Of a stretch of 39,336 bases of DNA, positions 16,549-25,786 are shown in pieces; positions within the stretch are counted from its first letter, which is position 1, and each line of letters opens with the position of its first letter. This DNA is from a virus (taxonomy: Duplodnaviria > Caudoviricetes). The position numbers were made by a program, and so were the translations under genes. Below the pieces are notes generated by a model. That model worked only from the letters and a program-made list of their open reading frames with translations, searched no databases and was not told where the DNA came from. The stretch covers positions 1 to 39,336 of IMG/VR virus record IMGVR_UViG_3300038393_000662; one strand, 5' to 3'.

Positions 16549-17030
16549 ACGCCATGGTCAAGCCCGCCAAGCGCCGCAAGCCGCGCCACGCGCTGCGCGT
16601 CATCAAGGGTGGCTATGCGCCGGCCGATGCGAGTACCGCGGCGGTGCTGCGCCAGGGGCACCGCGTCGGGGACCTCGTGTTCGTCGAGTTCACGAAGCCG
16701 CGCAATCCCGGGTTCCACCGGCTCGCACACCAGCTCGGCGGCCTGCTTGCCGAAAACCTCGACGCCTTTGAGGGCATGGACTGGCACGCGGTGCTCAAGC
16801 GCCTGCAGATCGAGGGCGACATCGGCTGCGACCACATCGCGCTGATCTTCCCCGGCGTCGGCCCGGTCGAATACCGGCAGGCGCGCAGCCTGTCGTACGA
16901 GTCGATGGATGAGGACGAATTTAGAGGCGTGATCGCGGCGATGTGCCGGCATGTTGCGAAAACGTACTGGCCGACGTGTAGCGCCGACGAGATCGAGCGC
17001 ATGGCGTCGTGCTGGGTGGAGGCCACCTGA
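16545..17030 (+). CDS. DUF1367/NinB-like protein
   Basis: KPRNPGFHR..H, SLSYESMDEDEF; GGAGG RBS. Confidence 0.7.
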   Translation: MNAMVKPAKRRKPRHALRVIKGGYAPADASTAAVLRQGHRVGDLVFVEFTKPRNPGFHRLAHQLGGLLAENLDAFEGMDWHAVLKRLQIEGDIGCDHIALIFPGVGPVEYRQARSLSYESMDEDEFRGVIAAMCRHVAKTYWPTCSADEIERMASCWVEAT

Positions 17031-17356
17031 TGGGCCTGCATGCATCCCTCGGTGTCTCGCACCTCACGCATCGCAGTGACTTTGTGCCTATCGAGCGCGG
17101 GTCGAATGTCGCCGCGCTGACGCAATCGGTGAGCAACTGCGGCAAGAAGAGAAAGGGTGAACTTGCCGGCCATCCTCTGCTGATCGCCTACGCACGGTTT
17201 GTCGGATGGGCCATCGAGCAGGCGCAGTTCCCGACGCCAGAACGGGTGATGACGCGCTTCGGCATAAGCCGAGCGACCGCGTATCGCTGGCTGACGGCGC
17301 TCGCCGAAGCCTACGGCGTGGACAAGCCGAGACGAGACGGGCGGGTGACGGAATGA
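17030..17356 (+). CDS. HTH DNA-binding protein
   Basis: PTPERVMTRFGISRATAYRW. Confidence 0.65.
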   Translation: MGLHASLGVSHLTHRSDFVPIERGSNVAALTQSVSNCGKKRKGELAGHPLLIAYARFVGWAIEQAQFPTPERVMTRFGISRATAYRWLTALAEAYGVDKPRRDGRVTE

Positions 17357-17619
17357 GATCGAAGAACTCCAAGGCGCACACCGCCGCCGAGTCCGCGCAC
17401 ATCGCGGCCGTCAAGTCGGTCCCGTGCGTGGTCTGCGATGCGCCGGCCCCGAGCGCCGCGCACCACATCGTGCAAGGGCAGCACTACACCACGGTCGCCC
17501 TGTGCTGGCACTGCCACCAAGGGCCGCAGGGCATCCATGGGGACAAAACACTCTGGCGCATCCGAAAGCTGGATGAGCTGGGCGCACTGAACGAAACACT
17601 GCGGAGGGTTAGGGGATGA
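17353..17619 (+). CDS. Ref/DUF968-like HNH-fold nuclease
   Basis: PCVVC..AHHI..VALCWHCHQG..GIHG. Confidence 0.75.
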   Translation: MRSKNSKAHTAAESAHIAAVKSVPCVVCDAPAPSAAHHIVQGQHYTTVALCWHCHQGPQGIHGDKTLWRIRKLDELGALNETLRRVRG

Positions 17620-17858
17620 GCGAGACAACGAAGCGGCACATGCTGCAACCGACGAAGGACCGCCTGCGCGACGCGCTCCGCAGTGCGGCGGACCGAATCG
17701 AACAGCTGCAGGCGAAGCTCGCCTGGTGGGAAGAACACCACGAGCAAGCGGTGGCCGACGCGCTGCTCGACAACGGCATGCCGCGCTGGCTGGTGCTGGT
17801 GCTGGGCGCGCTGGTGGGCGCGGGCGTGGTGGCGATTGCGGAGGCGCTGCTGGCATGA
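17616..17858 (+). CDS. Hypothetical protein with C-terminal TM
   Basis: Coupled; hydrophobic tail. Confidence 0.6.
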   Translation: MSETTKRHMLQPTKDRLRDALRSAADRIEQLQAKLAWWEEHHEQAVADALLDNGMPRWLVLVLGALVGAGVVAIAEALLA

Positions 17859-18139
17859 GCAGCCATAACGTCTCCCTTCCGTTCGTCGCCGGCAGCACAC
17901 AGCGGCAGACGCCGACGCAGCTCGCCGAGTCGGCCATCGAGAACATCGCCCTCCATCGCCGGTACGGCCGGCACCGCAAGCCGCTGGTCTACGGAGTGGC
18001 AATGGATCCTGCGGGCCGCGTGGTCGTCGACCACCTGCACAACGTGCCTCCGGCCGAATGGCTGATGACGTGCACGTACAAGACTGACCCGGACGAGCTC
18101 GCCGAGCAGATCCGCGCCGAAATCGAGGAGCGCGCATGA
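17855..18139 (+). CDS. Hypothetical protein
   Basis: ATGA coupling. Confidence 0.65.
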   Translation: MSSHNVSLPFVAGSTQRQTPTQLAESAIENIALHRRYGRHRKPLVYGVAMDPAGRVVVDHLHNVPPAEWLMTCTYKTDPDELAEQIRAEIEERA

Positions 18140-18306
18140 GTCGGCCGACCGCGCAGGAATTTCACCGGGCGATGGACTTGGGCGGGCAGGCACGCCGCGC
18201 AGGCCACACGCAGGACCGCAACCCATACCGCAACGGACTCACCGACAAAGATCGCGTGCTGGCCGAGGCGTGGGTAGTGGGCTGGGAACAGGGGAAGAAG
18301 CGATGA
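18136..18306 (+). CDS. Rmf/CrpP-fold small protein (56 aa, not in ORF track)
   Basis: MSRPTAQEFHRAMDLGGQARRAGHTQDRNPYRNGLTDKDRVLAEAWVVGWEQGKKR; ATGA coupling at both ends. Confidence 0.75.
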   Translation: MSRPTAQEFHRAMDLGGQARRAGHTQDRNPYRNGLTDKDRVLAEAWVVGWEQGKKR

Positions 18307-18494
18307 GGGTCCGGTTCTATTGTGACGTGTGGGTCGGCATGGGGCCGGAGACGGGCTTCTATGCGCACTCTCGACCGATCAACCAGAAGCCCGAAGGCAC
18401 GAGCCGCGTCGCGTTCGACGTGGAGATTCCCGACCGCCTCATCGCTCCGTTTGACGCCGCCGCCGATGCGGTCTTGGTGGCCGAAGATGAGTGA
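18303..18494 (+). CDS. Hypothetical protein
   Basis: Coupled start MRVRFYC. Confidence 0.6.
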   Translation: MRVRFYCDVWVGMGPETGFYAHSRPINQKPEGTSRVAFDVEIPDRLIAPFDAAADAVLVAEDE

Positions 18495-18663
18495 TCTCCC
18501 GAACACCGAACAGATGCTCGACGACCTGTCGAAGCGCGAAGGGCTGGACACGTTCTGGCAGATGCTCGCGATGGGACTGCAAGTGTTGCCGCATGTCTTT
18601 AGCGATGACGAGGTAGCGATCATCGCCAAGCAGGCCGCCAAGCGGACAGGAGTCGGGCAGTGA
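18487..18663 (+). CDS. Hypothetical protein
   Basis: Overlaps neighbours, start MSDLP. Confidence 0.55.
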   Translation: MSDLPNTEQMLDDLSKREGLDTFWQMLAMGLQVLPHVFSDDEVAIIAKQAAKRTGVGQ

Positions 18664-18959
18664 GACGCGCTGCCAAAGTCGACGCCAACCACGCCGAGAT
18701 CGTCAAGGCACTACGGTCCGCAGGCTGCGGCGTCCTCGACCTGTCGGCGGTCGGCAATGGCTGCCCGGACCTGCTGGTGACGCCTCCGGTGCATCCGTTC
18801 GGCGCGGTGCTGCTGGAAGTGAAGGACGCAAACAAGCCGCCGAGCGCGAGAAAACTCACGCCGGCACAGGAGAAGTTTCACCGGGCATGGAAGGGCCCGC
18901 TGCACGTAGTGACGTCGCCGATCGAAGCGTTGGCGGCGGTGGGGATCAAGGCGGCATAA
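18660..18959 (+). CDS. VRR-NUC-like PD-(D/E)xK nuclease/resolvase
   Basis: DANH.EIV..LR..G, GCPDLLV, LLEVK, LTPAQ..F. Confidence 0.85.
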   Translation: MRRAAKVDANHAEIVKALRSAGCGVLDLSAVGNGCPDLLVTPPVHPFGAVLLEVKDANKPPSARKLTPAQEKFHRAWKGPLHVVTSPIEALAAVGIKAA

Positions 18960-18973
18960 CCGAAGGGGGCGAC

Positions 18974-19462
18974 ATGGGAAGCGCGCTGTGGAGTAGCGAA
19001 CGGCCGGAGTTCGTCGAGCGCGTCGCCAAGCTGGCTGGCGGCACGACGTTCCGGCTGCCTGGGGGCGGACATGGCACGAAGGCGGACCACCTGCCGGATG
19101 CGCACGCGATTGCGGCGGCGTTGGCCTACGGACGAGAAGGGCCGGCGGACATCGGGCCGGACGTGGCCTACTGCTGGGTGCTGCAAAACGACGCCTATCG
19201 GCACAAGGTCGTGCCTCTGCTGATCGAGGCGTTGCGGGGCCACGCTTTCCGGAGCGTGATGCGCTACCGCAAGCACGCGGCCGACGCCGCCTGGGCCGCG
19301 ATGATCTGGAACCGCGCCGGCACGCGCCCGGCCGATGCGCCGCCGGCCTATGACCGCATGCTGCTGGTGGCCTGCGCCACGCTTGAGCGGAAGGCGTGGG
19401 ATGCACTGGCCGCGGCTGAACGGGCCTACCGGCGCGGCGCTGTGGCGCAGACAGGGACTTGA
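18974..19462 (+). CDS. Late-gene antiterminator (Q-like, by position)
   Basis: Last early-right gene before a non-coding leader with terminators; helical. Confidence 0.5.
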   Translation: MGSALWSSERPEFVERVAKLAGGTTFRLPGGGHGTKADHLPDAHAIAAALAYGREGPADIGPDVAYCWVLQNDAYRHKVVPLLIEALRGHAFRSVMRYRKHAADAAWAAMIWNRAGTRPADAPPAYDRMLLVACATLERKAWDALAAAERAYRRGAVAQTGT

Positions 19463-19500
19463 CGACGCGGTGAAAATCTGAAATCCTGCGTCGTGAAAGG

Positions 19501-19540
19501 AACCCGCTGCGCCTCACGGCCGGCGGGTTTCGTCGTTTCC
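19501..19540 (+). terminator. Late-leader hairpin/terminator 1
   Basis: AACCCGCTG...CGGCGGGTT then TCGTCGTTT. Confidence 0.55.
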
Positions 19541-19589
19541 GGCCCTCGTCGGAACAGCCGCGGCGCCTCTCTCCCGCCCCGGCACCCCT

Positions 19590-19627
19590 GGCGGCCTGTC
19601 GCATCCCCCGGCAGGCCGCCTTTTTAT
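19590..19627 (+). terminator. tR'-like late-leader terminator 2
   Basis: GGCGGCCTGTCG-catcccc-CGGCAGGCCGCC-TTTTT. Confidence 0.85.
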
Positions 19628-19654
19628 TCCCCAGTCCGGCATGGAGCATGCGCC

Positions 19655-19999
19655 TTGAACGGACTGTTCCCCGAGGACTCGGCGGCGCGCAAGACGTTCC
19701 CGATCTACTCGGGGCTTCTGCAGTATTTCCCCGCCGCGCTCGCTGCCGTCGCAAACCACAGCTACAAGGGCAACGAGAAGCACAACCCCGGCCAGCCGCT
19801 GCACCACGACCGCGCCAAGTCCGACGACGAGGCCGATGCGCTGGTTCGGCACCTGATGGAAGGCGACTACGTCGGCATGGCGTGGCGGGCGCTGTCCCTG
19901 CTGCAGAAGCATTGCGAGGCGCGCGGCGCCCCGATCGCGCCGGCGGCGCGGAATGCACGACCGCCGCTTAACCTGCCGGCAACGGACACCGGCGACTAA
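19655..19999 (+). CDS. DUF5664 / dATP-dGTP diphosphohydrolase-domain protein
   Basis: RK..PI..G...YFP.AL.AVA..S..GNEKH..DAL.RHL..AWRAL..LQ; TTG start 8 nt after GGAG. Confidence 0.72.
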   Translation: MNGLFPEDSAARKTFPIYSGLLQYFPAALAAVANHSYKGNEKHNPGQPLHHDRAKSDDEADALVRHLMEGDYVGMAWRALSLLQKHCEARGAPIAPAARNARPPLNLPATDTGD

Positions 20000-20001
20000 C
20001 C

Positions 20002-20841
20002 ATGGCTGGGCGGACGCTCTACGTCATCCCCGACACGCAGGTCCGTCCGGGCGACATCACCGACCACCTCGACTGGATCGCCGCCGACATCGTGCGGCGC
20101 AAACCGGACGGAGTGAAGGTGCTCGGCGACTGGTGGGATCTTCCCAGCCTGTCGAAGTATTCGCCGGCCGGCGGCACGGAAAAGGAAGGTGCGCGGCTCC
20201 TGGCGGACTTAGAGGCGGGCGAGGCGGCCATGAGCCGGCTCACCGTGCCGATCCACAAGGAAATCACGCGCCTTCGGAGTGGGCACCGCAAGCGGTGGGA
20301 TCCCGAGTTCGATTTCTACGAAGGCAACCACGAACACCGCGCGGCGCGCTTTGCGAGCGACGACGCACGGTTCGAGGGTGTCGTCGGCACGCACCTGTGC
20401 AACGTCGAGGCGTTCGGCTTCACCCGGCATAAGTTCCTTGTCCCCCACGAGACGGACGGCGTCTGGTTCAGCCACTACTGGCAGTCGCCGCACAGCGACC
20501 GCCCCATCGGCGGAACCATCGACAACCGGCTCAACAAGCTGGGGTTCTCGTTCGTGCAGGGCCATGAGCAGGGCAAGCGGTACAGCGACCGTCCTCTGCC
20601 GAACGGCAAGCGCCTACACGGCATGGTGCTCGGTAGCTGCTATCTCGGGCGCGAGTCCTATCGCGGGCCCCAAGCCTGCAACGAGTGGCGCGGCGTGGCC
20701 GTGCTGCACGACGTGCGCGACGGCGACATGGCGCCGATGTTCCTCGACCTGCAGTACCTGTGCCGCGAGTACGAAGGCATGGAGTTGTACGACTACCTGC
20801 GCAAGCGGTATCCGGAACGGGATTGGAGTCATTTGGCATGA
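20002..20841 (+). CDS. Calcineurin-like metallophosphoesterase
   Basis: PDTQ, LGDWWD, GNHE, SHY, GHEQ metal motifs. Confidence 0.9.
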   Translation: MAGRTLYVIPDTQVRPGDITDHLDWIAADIVRRKPDGVKVLGDWWDLPSLSKYSPAGGTEKEGARLLADLEAGEAAMSRLTVPIHKEITRLRSGHRKRWDPEFDFYEGNHEHRAARFASDDARFEGVVGTHLCNVEAFGFTRHKFLVPHETDGVWFSHYWQSPHSDRPIGGTIDNRLNKLGFSFVQGHEQGKRYSDRPLPNGKRLHGMVLGSCYLGRESYRGPQACNEWRGVAVLHDVRDGDMAPMFLDLQYLCREYEGMELYDYLRKRYPERDWSHLA

Positions 20842-21425
20842 GCACCGACGCCGTCGTCCGCGAGATTACGCGGCGCGCCTGGCGTTTCGGTGTTTCGGTC
20901 CTGCTCTCGCCGGACTCGACGGTGGACTGCGACGGATTCTGGTCGCAGGGGTGGTTCGATGGCGACGACAAGAAACTTGTGGTCGGCACCGGCTGCGATG
21001 AGCAGAAATGGCTCGGTGTCCTGCTTCATGAGTATTCGCACCTGACCCAATGGGTCGAGCGCGCTCCGGTATGGCGCGAGGACGAGAAAGATGGCGCTGT
21101 CATTGACGACTGGCTCAAGGGCAAGTCGGTACGGAACGCACGCAAGGCGGTTGCGGCGCGCCGCGAGCTTGAAGCGGATTGCGAGCGGCGCACGGTGCGC
21201 CTGATTCGCGAGCTCGAGGCTCCGATCGACCTCGATCGGTACATCCGCGGCGCGAACAGCTACATCCACTTCTACAACGTCATCGCCGAAAAGCGGAAGT
21301 GGTACGCCCCGGGCCGTGGCCCGTACAGCGTGCCCGAAGTCCTGGCGGTCGCGAACCCAACGCTGGACGACGACTTCAGCAAAACCCCGGCGGCACTCCG
21401 CGCCGCGTTGCTGACCTGTATCTGA
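20838..21425 (+). CDS. Zincin-like metallopeptidase
   Basis: VLLHEYSH..QW and downstream ELEADCE; ATGA coupling. Confidence 0.7.
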   Translation: MSTDAVVREITRRAWRFGVSVLLSPDSTVDCDGFWSQGWFDGDDKKLVVGTGCDEQKWLGVLLHEYSHLTQWVERAPVWREDEKDGAVIDDWLKGKSVRNARKAVAARRELEADCERRTVRLIRELEAPIDLDRYIRGANSYIHFYNVIAEKRKWYAPGRGPYSVPEVLAVANPTLDDDFSKTPAALRAALLTCI

Positions 21426-21432
21426 GGCGACC

Positions 21433-21903
21433 ATGACCCCGGCCACGCTCATCGACGTGGTCATCGGGCCGACGTTCGAACTGCTGGGCCCGAAGTATGG
21501 CGGCGCGCACGCCGAGACGATGCTGGTCGCGATCGCGCTACAGGAATCCGGGCTGCGGAACCGCGAGCAGGTTGGCGGCCCGGCGCGCGGCTGGTGGCAG
21601 TTCGAAGTCGGCGGCGTGAAGGGCGTGCTGCATCACCCGCAGTCGTCGGCAAAGGCCGCCGAGGTGTGCGCGAAGCTGCGCTATCCGGTCGACAGCGTGC
21701 TCGTCCAACGCGCGCTATCGCACAACGACATTCTGGCCTGCGCGCTGGCGCGACTGCTGCTGTGGACCGACACCAAGCCGTTGCCGACCAACGAGTCGGA
21801 CGGCTGGGCGTACTACCAGAGAAATTGGCGCCCCGGCCGTCCTCGGATCGAGCGGTGGGGCGAGTCGTGGGCGACGGCCGTGCAAGCGGTCTACAAGGAC
21901 TGA
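21433..21903 (+). CDS. Endolysin (lysozyme-like fold)
   Basis: AIALQESG..R.Q.GGPARG.WQFE..Y.RNWRPG.P; precedes holin/spanins. Confidence 0.8.
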   Translation: MTPATLIDVVIGPTFELLGPKYGGAHAETMLVAIALQESGLRNREQVGGPARGWWQFEVGGVKGVLHHPQSSAKAAEVCAKLRYPVDSVLVQRALSHNDILACALARLLLWTDTKPLPTNESDGWAYYQRNWRPGRPRIERWGESWATAVQAVYKD

Positions 21904-21907
21904 TTGC

Positions 21908-22105
21908 ATGGATCCGACGCTGGCCGTGACGCTGGGGGCACTCGCTGTCACCGGGATTGTGTGGCTCGTGCGCCTCGAAGGGCGCCATAACGTGCTCTCG
22001 GTGCGCCAGGACGCCACGGAGAAGCGCGTCGACGGGCTAGAGGATCGGATCATCGCCCAGCTCGACCGGATCGAACAAAAGCTCGACGGGAAGGCCGACA
22101 AGTGA
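21908..22105 (+). CDS. Holin/antiholin-like (1 TM + coiled coil)
   Basis: N-terminal TM, LDRIEQKLD tail, in lysis cassette. Confidence 0.55.
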   Translation: MDPTLAVTLGALAVTGIVWLVRLEGRHNVLSVRQDATEKRVDGLEDRIIAQLDRIEQKLDGKADK

Positions 22106-22332
22106 ACATCCGTGAACGCTGGCATGCCTTCGTGCTGCGCCTCGATGGATCGCTCGCGCGCTACTACGGCTGGGGCCTGATGGCACTCGGCGCGGTCGTG
22201 CAATACGCCGCCACGGATACGACATGGGCCGCCTATCTCGGCAAGTGGGGCGGACTCGCCACGTTCGCGATCGGTTTCGCGGCGCAGCAGATCGGCAAAG
22301 CGCGGCGCGCTGACGAGATCAGGGACAGCTGA
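22102..22332 (+). CDS. Holin-like (2 TM)
   Basis: Two hydrophobic segments, charged C-terminus. Confidence 0.6.
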   Translation: MNIRERWHAFVLRLDGSLARYYGWGLMALGAVVQYAATDTTWAAYLGKWGGLATFAIGFAAQQIGKARRADEIRDS

Positions 22333-22838
22333 TGTCCGAGTTCGCGCTCGTCAAGCTGCTCGGTGGCTACCGGGCGACGGCCTTCGCGCTACTTGCCGTG
22401 CTGGCGGTCGCGGCGTGCTTCTTTCTACGCGCAAATGAAGCCGCTGATCATCTTCGTGCCGATGCCGCCGAGCAAAGAGCGCAGAGCCTCGCGAGCGACC
22501 TTCGAGACACAAAAGCCGCGCTGAGCGCCGAACGAGCGCAACGCGCCGCAGCGGAAACGATCGCTGCCAAGTACGAACAGGACAAATCCAATGCCCAGGC
22601 TGCTTCGGATCGTGTTGTTGCTGACCTTCGCGCTGGGCGTGAGCGGTTTCGGAGCCTGTGGGCAGAGTGTGCGTCCCGACCGGCCGGCGGTGTGCCCGGT
22701 GCTCCCGCCGGCGCCAGCGAGCCTGATGGTCAAGCCGACGACCGAGCAGCGAGTGCGGGCCGAATTGTTCGCGCCGCCGCCGAGTGCGACGCCCAAGTCC
22801 GCGGGCTCCAAGCCCTGATCCGGGCGGATCGGCAGTGA
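22332..22838 (+). CDS. i-spanin (Rz-like)
   Basis: N-terminal TM, coiled coil, DLRAG..R..C, AECDAQVRGLQ. Confidence 0.85.
   Translation: MSEFALVKLLGGYRATAFALLAVLAVAACFFLRANEAADHLRADAAEQRAQSLASDLRDTKAALSAERAQRAAAETIAAKYEQDKSNAQAASDRVVADLRAGRERFRSLWAECASRPAGGVPGAPAGASEPDGQADDRAASAGRIVRAAAECDAQVRGLQALIRADRQ
22591..22818 (+). CDS. o-spanin (Rz1-like lipoprotein) embedded in Rz
   Basis: +1 frame; signal peptide ending GAC; Pro-rich CPVLPPAPASLM. Confidence 0.8.
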   Translation: MPRLLRIVLLLTFALGVSGFGACGQSVRPDRPAVCPVLPPAPASLMVKPTTEQRVRAELFAPPPSATPKSAGSKP

Positions 22839-22948
22839 TCGTCCTGTTCGCGACCGGCGTCGCCCTCTCGGGCTTCGCGCTGTCGTGCGTGGTGATCGGA
22901 ATTTACCGGCTGGTCGACCAGACCGGCCTCGAACGTGGATGGTGGTGA
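22835..22948 (+). CDS. 37-aa membrane peptide
   Basis: GTGA coupling; MIVLFATGVALSGFALSCVVIGIYRLVDQTGLERGWW. Confidence 0.5.
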   Translation: MIVLFATGVALSGFALSCVVIGIYRLVDQTGLERGWW

Positions 22949-22951
22949 CGC

Positions 22952-23704
22952 ATGCCTGACAACTTCCTCGGACGCATGCCGCACCTGTTCGGGCGCTACT
23001 CGTTGCCGGATGTGATGGGCCGCCTGTTCCATCGCGACCACGGCGACACGCCGATGGCGCCGACGCAGTACACGGGCGGACTCGCGGGCGGCAGCTACAT
23101 GCCGTCGAACTTCCCGCTCAATCCGCCGAGCACCAGCGTCAACTACACCGGCGGCGATCCGATGACGCCGAGCATGGGCACGCTCAATCCGGGCGCCGGC
23201 TACACGCCGCCGGATTGGTCGACGTACCTGCAGAACCCCGACCTCACCATCAAGACGGGTGACAACGGAGGCGGCACCAGCGCGGGGCACTCCACGGGTA
23301 GCACGGGCGGCAGCACCTTCACCGGCAACAGCTCGGGCGGCACGCTCGGTGGCGGCTATGCGGTCGACCCCTCGCAATGGGGCGCGTTCGGCCTTGGCGG
23401 TGACAGCGGCCCCGTCAATGGCGGCATCGGCTCCGGCTACGCGCTGCAACTGATGGGCGGCGGCATGCACGAGGGTGGCGGCTTCGGTGGTGGCCTCGCC
23501 GGCTTCATGGCGCGCCCGCAGACGGGCGGCGCGCTGCCCCCGCAGAGCAATGCGCCCAACGTCCTGACGGGTGGCGGCCTGCCGCCCCAGGCCGCGATGG
23601 CCGTCCGCACCGGCGGCGGTAGTCAGGTGCAGCAGATGCCGCAGAACCGCCTCGGCGGCTTCGGTGGTGGCTACAACTTCGGCATGGGTGGACGCCTGCG
23701 ATGA
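22952..23704 (+). CDS. Gly/Ser/Thr/Asn/Gln-rich low-complexity protein
   Basis: GC3-rich phage-like codon use; ATGA coupling to next gene. Confidence 0.75.
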   Translation: MPDNFLGRMPHLFGRYSLPDVMGRLFHRDHGDTPMAPTQYTGGLAGGSYMPSNFPLNPPSTSVNYTGGDPMTPSMGTLNPGAGYTPPDWSTYLQNPDLTIKTGDNGGGTSAGHSTGSTGGSTFTGNSSGGTLGGGYAVDPSQWGAFGLGGDSGPVNGGIGSGYALQLMGGGMHEGGGFGGGLAGFMARPQTGGALPPQSNAPNVLTGGGLPPQAAMAVRTGGGSQVQQMPQNRLGGFGGGYNFGMGGRLR

Positions 23705-24135
23705 GCCGCAGCACGACCGCCTACGCGAGCGCGACCAACCGCGAGCGCGTACATGCGCTGGAACTGTTCGCCGGCGAGACGACGCCGGTCTCGGTCGACT
23801 TCACCGCGATCCTCGGCGCCACGCCGGCGCTGTCGAGCGCGACGTGGGAGATCGACAACCCGACGGTTGCGGTGATGTCCGATGCCGTGATCGACGGCAA
23901 CACCTCGCAGATCACGCTCGCCGCGCAATCGGCTGGCACCGCGACGCTGCGCTGCATCGGCGGCACGGACAGCGGCACCAAGTGCGTGCAGATGTTCGCG
24001 CTGCAAGTCGACGCGGCTCCGTACTTCGCCACGGACACCGCGGCCGGGCCGACCTCGCTCGAGGCCACGGCCGTAGTGGTCGGCGGTGGTGGTGGTGGGT
24101 TGGGTGGCGGCGCACTCGACGGGGGCGGCGCATGA
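23701..24135 (+). CDS. Fibre adaptor-like beta protein
   Basis: GE....VDF..L.....SATW pattern; precedes fibre gene. Confidence 0.5.
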   Translation: MSRSTTAYASATNRERVHALELFAGETTPVSVDFTAILGATPALSSATWEIDNPTVAVMSDAVIDGNTSQITLAAQSAGTATLRCIGGTDSGTKCVQMFALQVDAAPYFATDTAAGPTSLEATAVVVGGGGGGLGGGALDGGGA

Positions 24136-25751
24136 CGGCCTTCTACCTCCGCAGCGACACGACGGCGGCTTGGGCGGCGGCCAATCCGATCCTTGCCGCG
24201 GGCGAGCCCGGCGTCGAGATCATTTCGACCTCGCCGGCGCGCTTCAAAATGAAGCTCGGCGACGGCGTCACGCATTGGAACGACCTGTCGTATGCGCAGG
24301 CGGGACTCGCGGGTGCCACCGGACCACAAGGCCCAGCCGGCCCGACCGGACCACAAGGCCCGACCGGACCCGCGGGTGCGGATGGTTCCGGCGTGTCGAT
24401 CGTCGGCTCCGTGGCGACCACTGGCGATCTGCCTGGGTCCGGTACGGCGGGGCAGGGCTACATCGTGCAGGCCGATGGGCACCTCTACATCTGGCCGGTA
24501 GGCGGAAGCGCTTGGCTCGACGTCGGCCAGATTCAAGGACCGCAAGGGCCCACGGGCGCAACAGGCCCTACCGGCCCAGCTGGCCCGGCCGGCGCGACTG
24601 GCGCCACAGGCGCAACGGGACCGGCCGGACCCACTGGCGCCACTGGCGCGACAGGCCCCGCCGGCGCAACCGGAGCTACGGGCGCCACCGGCCCCAAGGG
24701 CGACAAGGGTGACACCGGACCAGCGGGCTCGGGTGGCGACCCCACGTTCGACGGCACCTATGGCGCCGACCCCACGGGCGTGAGCAACTGCGACACCGCC
24801 TGGGCGAGTGCGATGTCAGCGGGCGTGCGCTTCCGGCTGCGCGCCGGCACGTACCGCTTCGCCAATGAAATCCCCTACAACGCCGAAGTCGAGATCGTCG
24901 GCGACGGCCCGAACAAGGTGTTCCTGCGCAGCTACACGACCACCGGCAACGGCATGGTCGTAACCGGCTCCTCAAGCCTCGGCTCGGCGAACCGCATTGT
25001 CGCGAGCGGCTTCACCCTTGAGTACAAAGGAACGGGCCAGGCAGCCGGCAAGGGCGGCGTCGTATTCAAGCGCAAGCCGTTCTGGCAGAACGTGGTCGTC
25101 AAAGGCTTTCGCGACTTCTGCGGTCGGCCCGATTCGATCGACGGCACAGTGGGCGGCGCGGTGTTCTTTCCCGAGCTGCGCAACTGCCGATTCGCGGAGA
25201 GCACCGCGGGCGATGGGTTCCAGCTGCGTTTCGGCGCGAACTGCTGGAACTTCAACAACTGCCAATTCGACAAGAACGCCAAGAAGGGCTTTCACCACTA
25301 CACGGACGGCGGCGCCACCTACGGGACCGTCATCAAGGGCGGTCAGGCCAGCTACAACAGCGAGCAGGGCTGGTACATCGAGAACGGCACCGACATTTCC
25401 ATCGATGGGATCTACGGCGAGTACAACTGCAGCCCGACGAACACGAACACGGATGGGTACACGAACACGGCGCTGTCCGCGACCGACCGCATGGTTGACT
25501 TCCACTTCGGAGATGGTGCCAACCGGGTAAAGGCCAACCTCGCAGCGGTCCTCGGCAACAACGACGCCCATGTGCGCGTCCCGAGCGCGACCAATGCCTA
25601 CAGCGCCAAGGTGGATGTCACGGCGGGCGGCAAGCGCTACACCCCGATCTGCGGTGCGCTGCGGACCTCGACCGCGACCACGCTCACGCAGCTCGTGGCT
25701 GACTTCAACGCGGCCATTACGGCCCTCAAGAATGGGAAGGTCGGCGGCTAA
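24132..25751 (+). CDS. Collagen-repeat fibre with hyaluronidase/Mtd-like N-terminus and pectate-lyase-like beta-helix
   Basis: [22 protein letters not shown]; two (GXY)n tracts; YGADPTG..D.AW..A..AGTYRF then beta-helix repeats. Confidence 0.85.
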   Translation: MTAFYLRSDTTAAWAAANPILAAGEPGVEIISTSPARFKMKLGDGVTHWNDLSYAQAGLAGATGPQGPAGPTGPQGPTGPAGADGSGVSIVGSVATTGDLPGSGTAGQGYIVQADGHLYIWPVGGSAWLDVGQIQGPQGPTGATGPTGPAGPAGATGATGATGPAGPTGATGATGPAGATGATGATGPKGDKGDTGPAGSGGDPTFDGTYGADPTGVSNCDTAWASAMSAGVRFRLRAGTYRFANEIPYNAEVEIVGDGPNKVFLRSYTTTGNGMVVTGSSSLGSANRIVASGFTLEYKGTGQAAGKGGVVFKRKPFWQNVVVKGFRDFCGRPDSIDGTVGGAVFFPELRNCRFAESTAGDGFQLRFGANCWNFNNCQFDKNAKKGFHHYTDGGATYGTVIKGGQASYNSEQGWYIENGTDISIDGIYGEYNCSPTNTNTDGYTNTALSATDRMVDFHFGDGANRVKANLAAVLGNNDAHVRVPSATNAYSAKVDVTAGGKRYTPICGALRTSTATTLTQLVADFNAAITALKNGKVGG

Positions 25752-25786
25752 ATCAAAGCCGCTGATTTAATTTCAAAGGAAATCAA

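Noticed and set aside
19459-19487. pR' late promoter
   Set aside because: TTGACG is present but no convincing -10 at 16-18 bp; not called
19655-19999. Z-genome (2-aminoadenine) pathway
   Set aside because: No PurZ, DatZ or phage polymerase, and a temperate lifestyle
24310-24730. CRISPR or DNA tandem array
   Set aside because: The 9-bp periodicity is collagen GXY coding
24132-25751. Diversity-generating retroelement target (Mtd-like N-terminus)
   Set aside because: No reverse transcriptase or TR/VR pair seen
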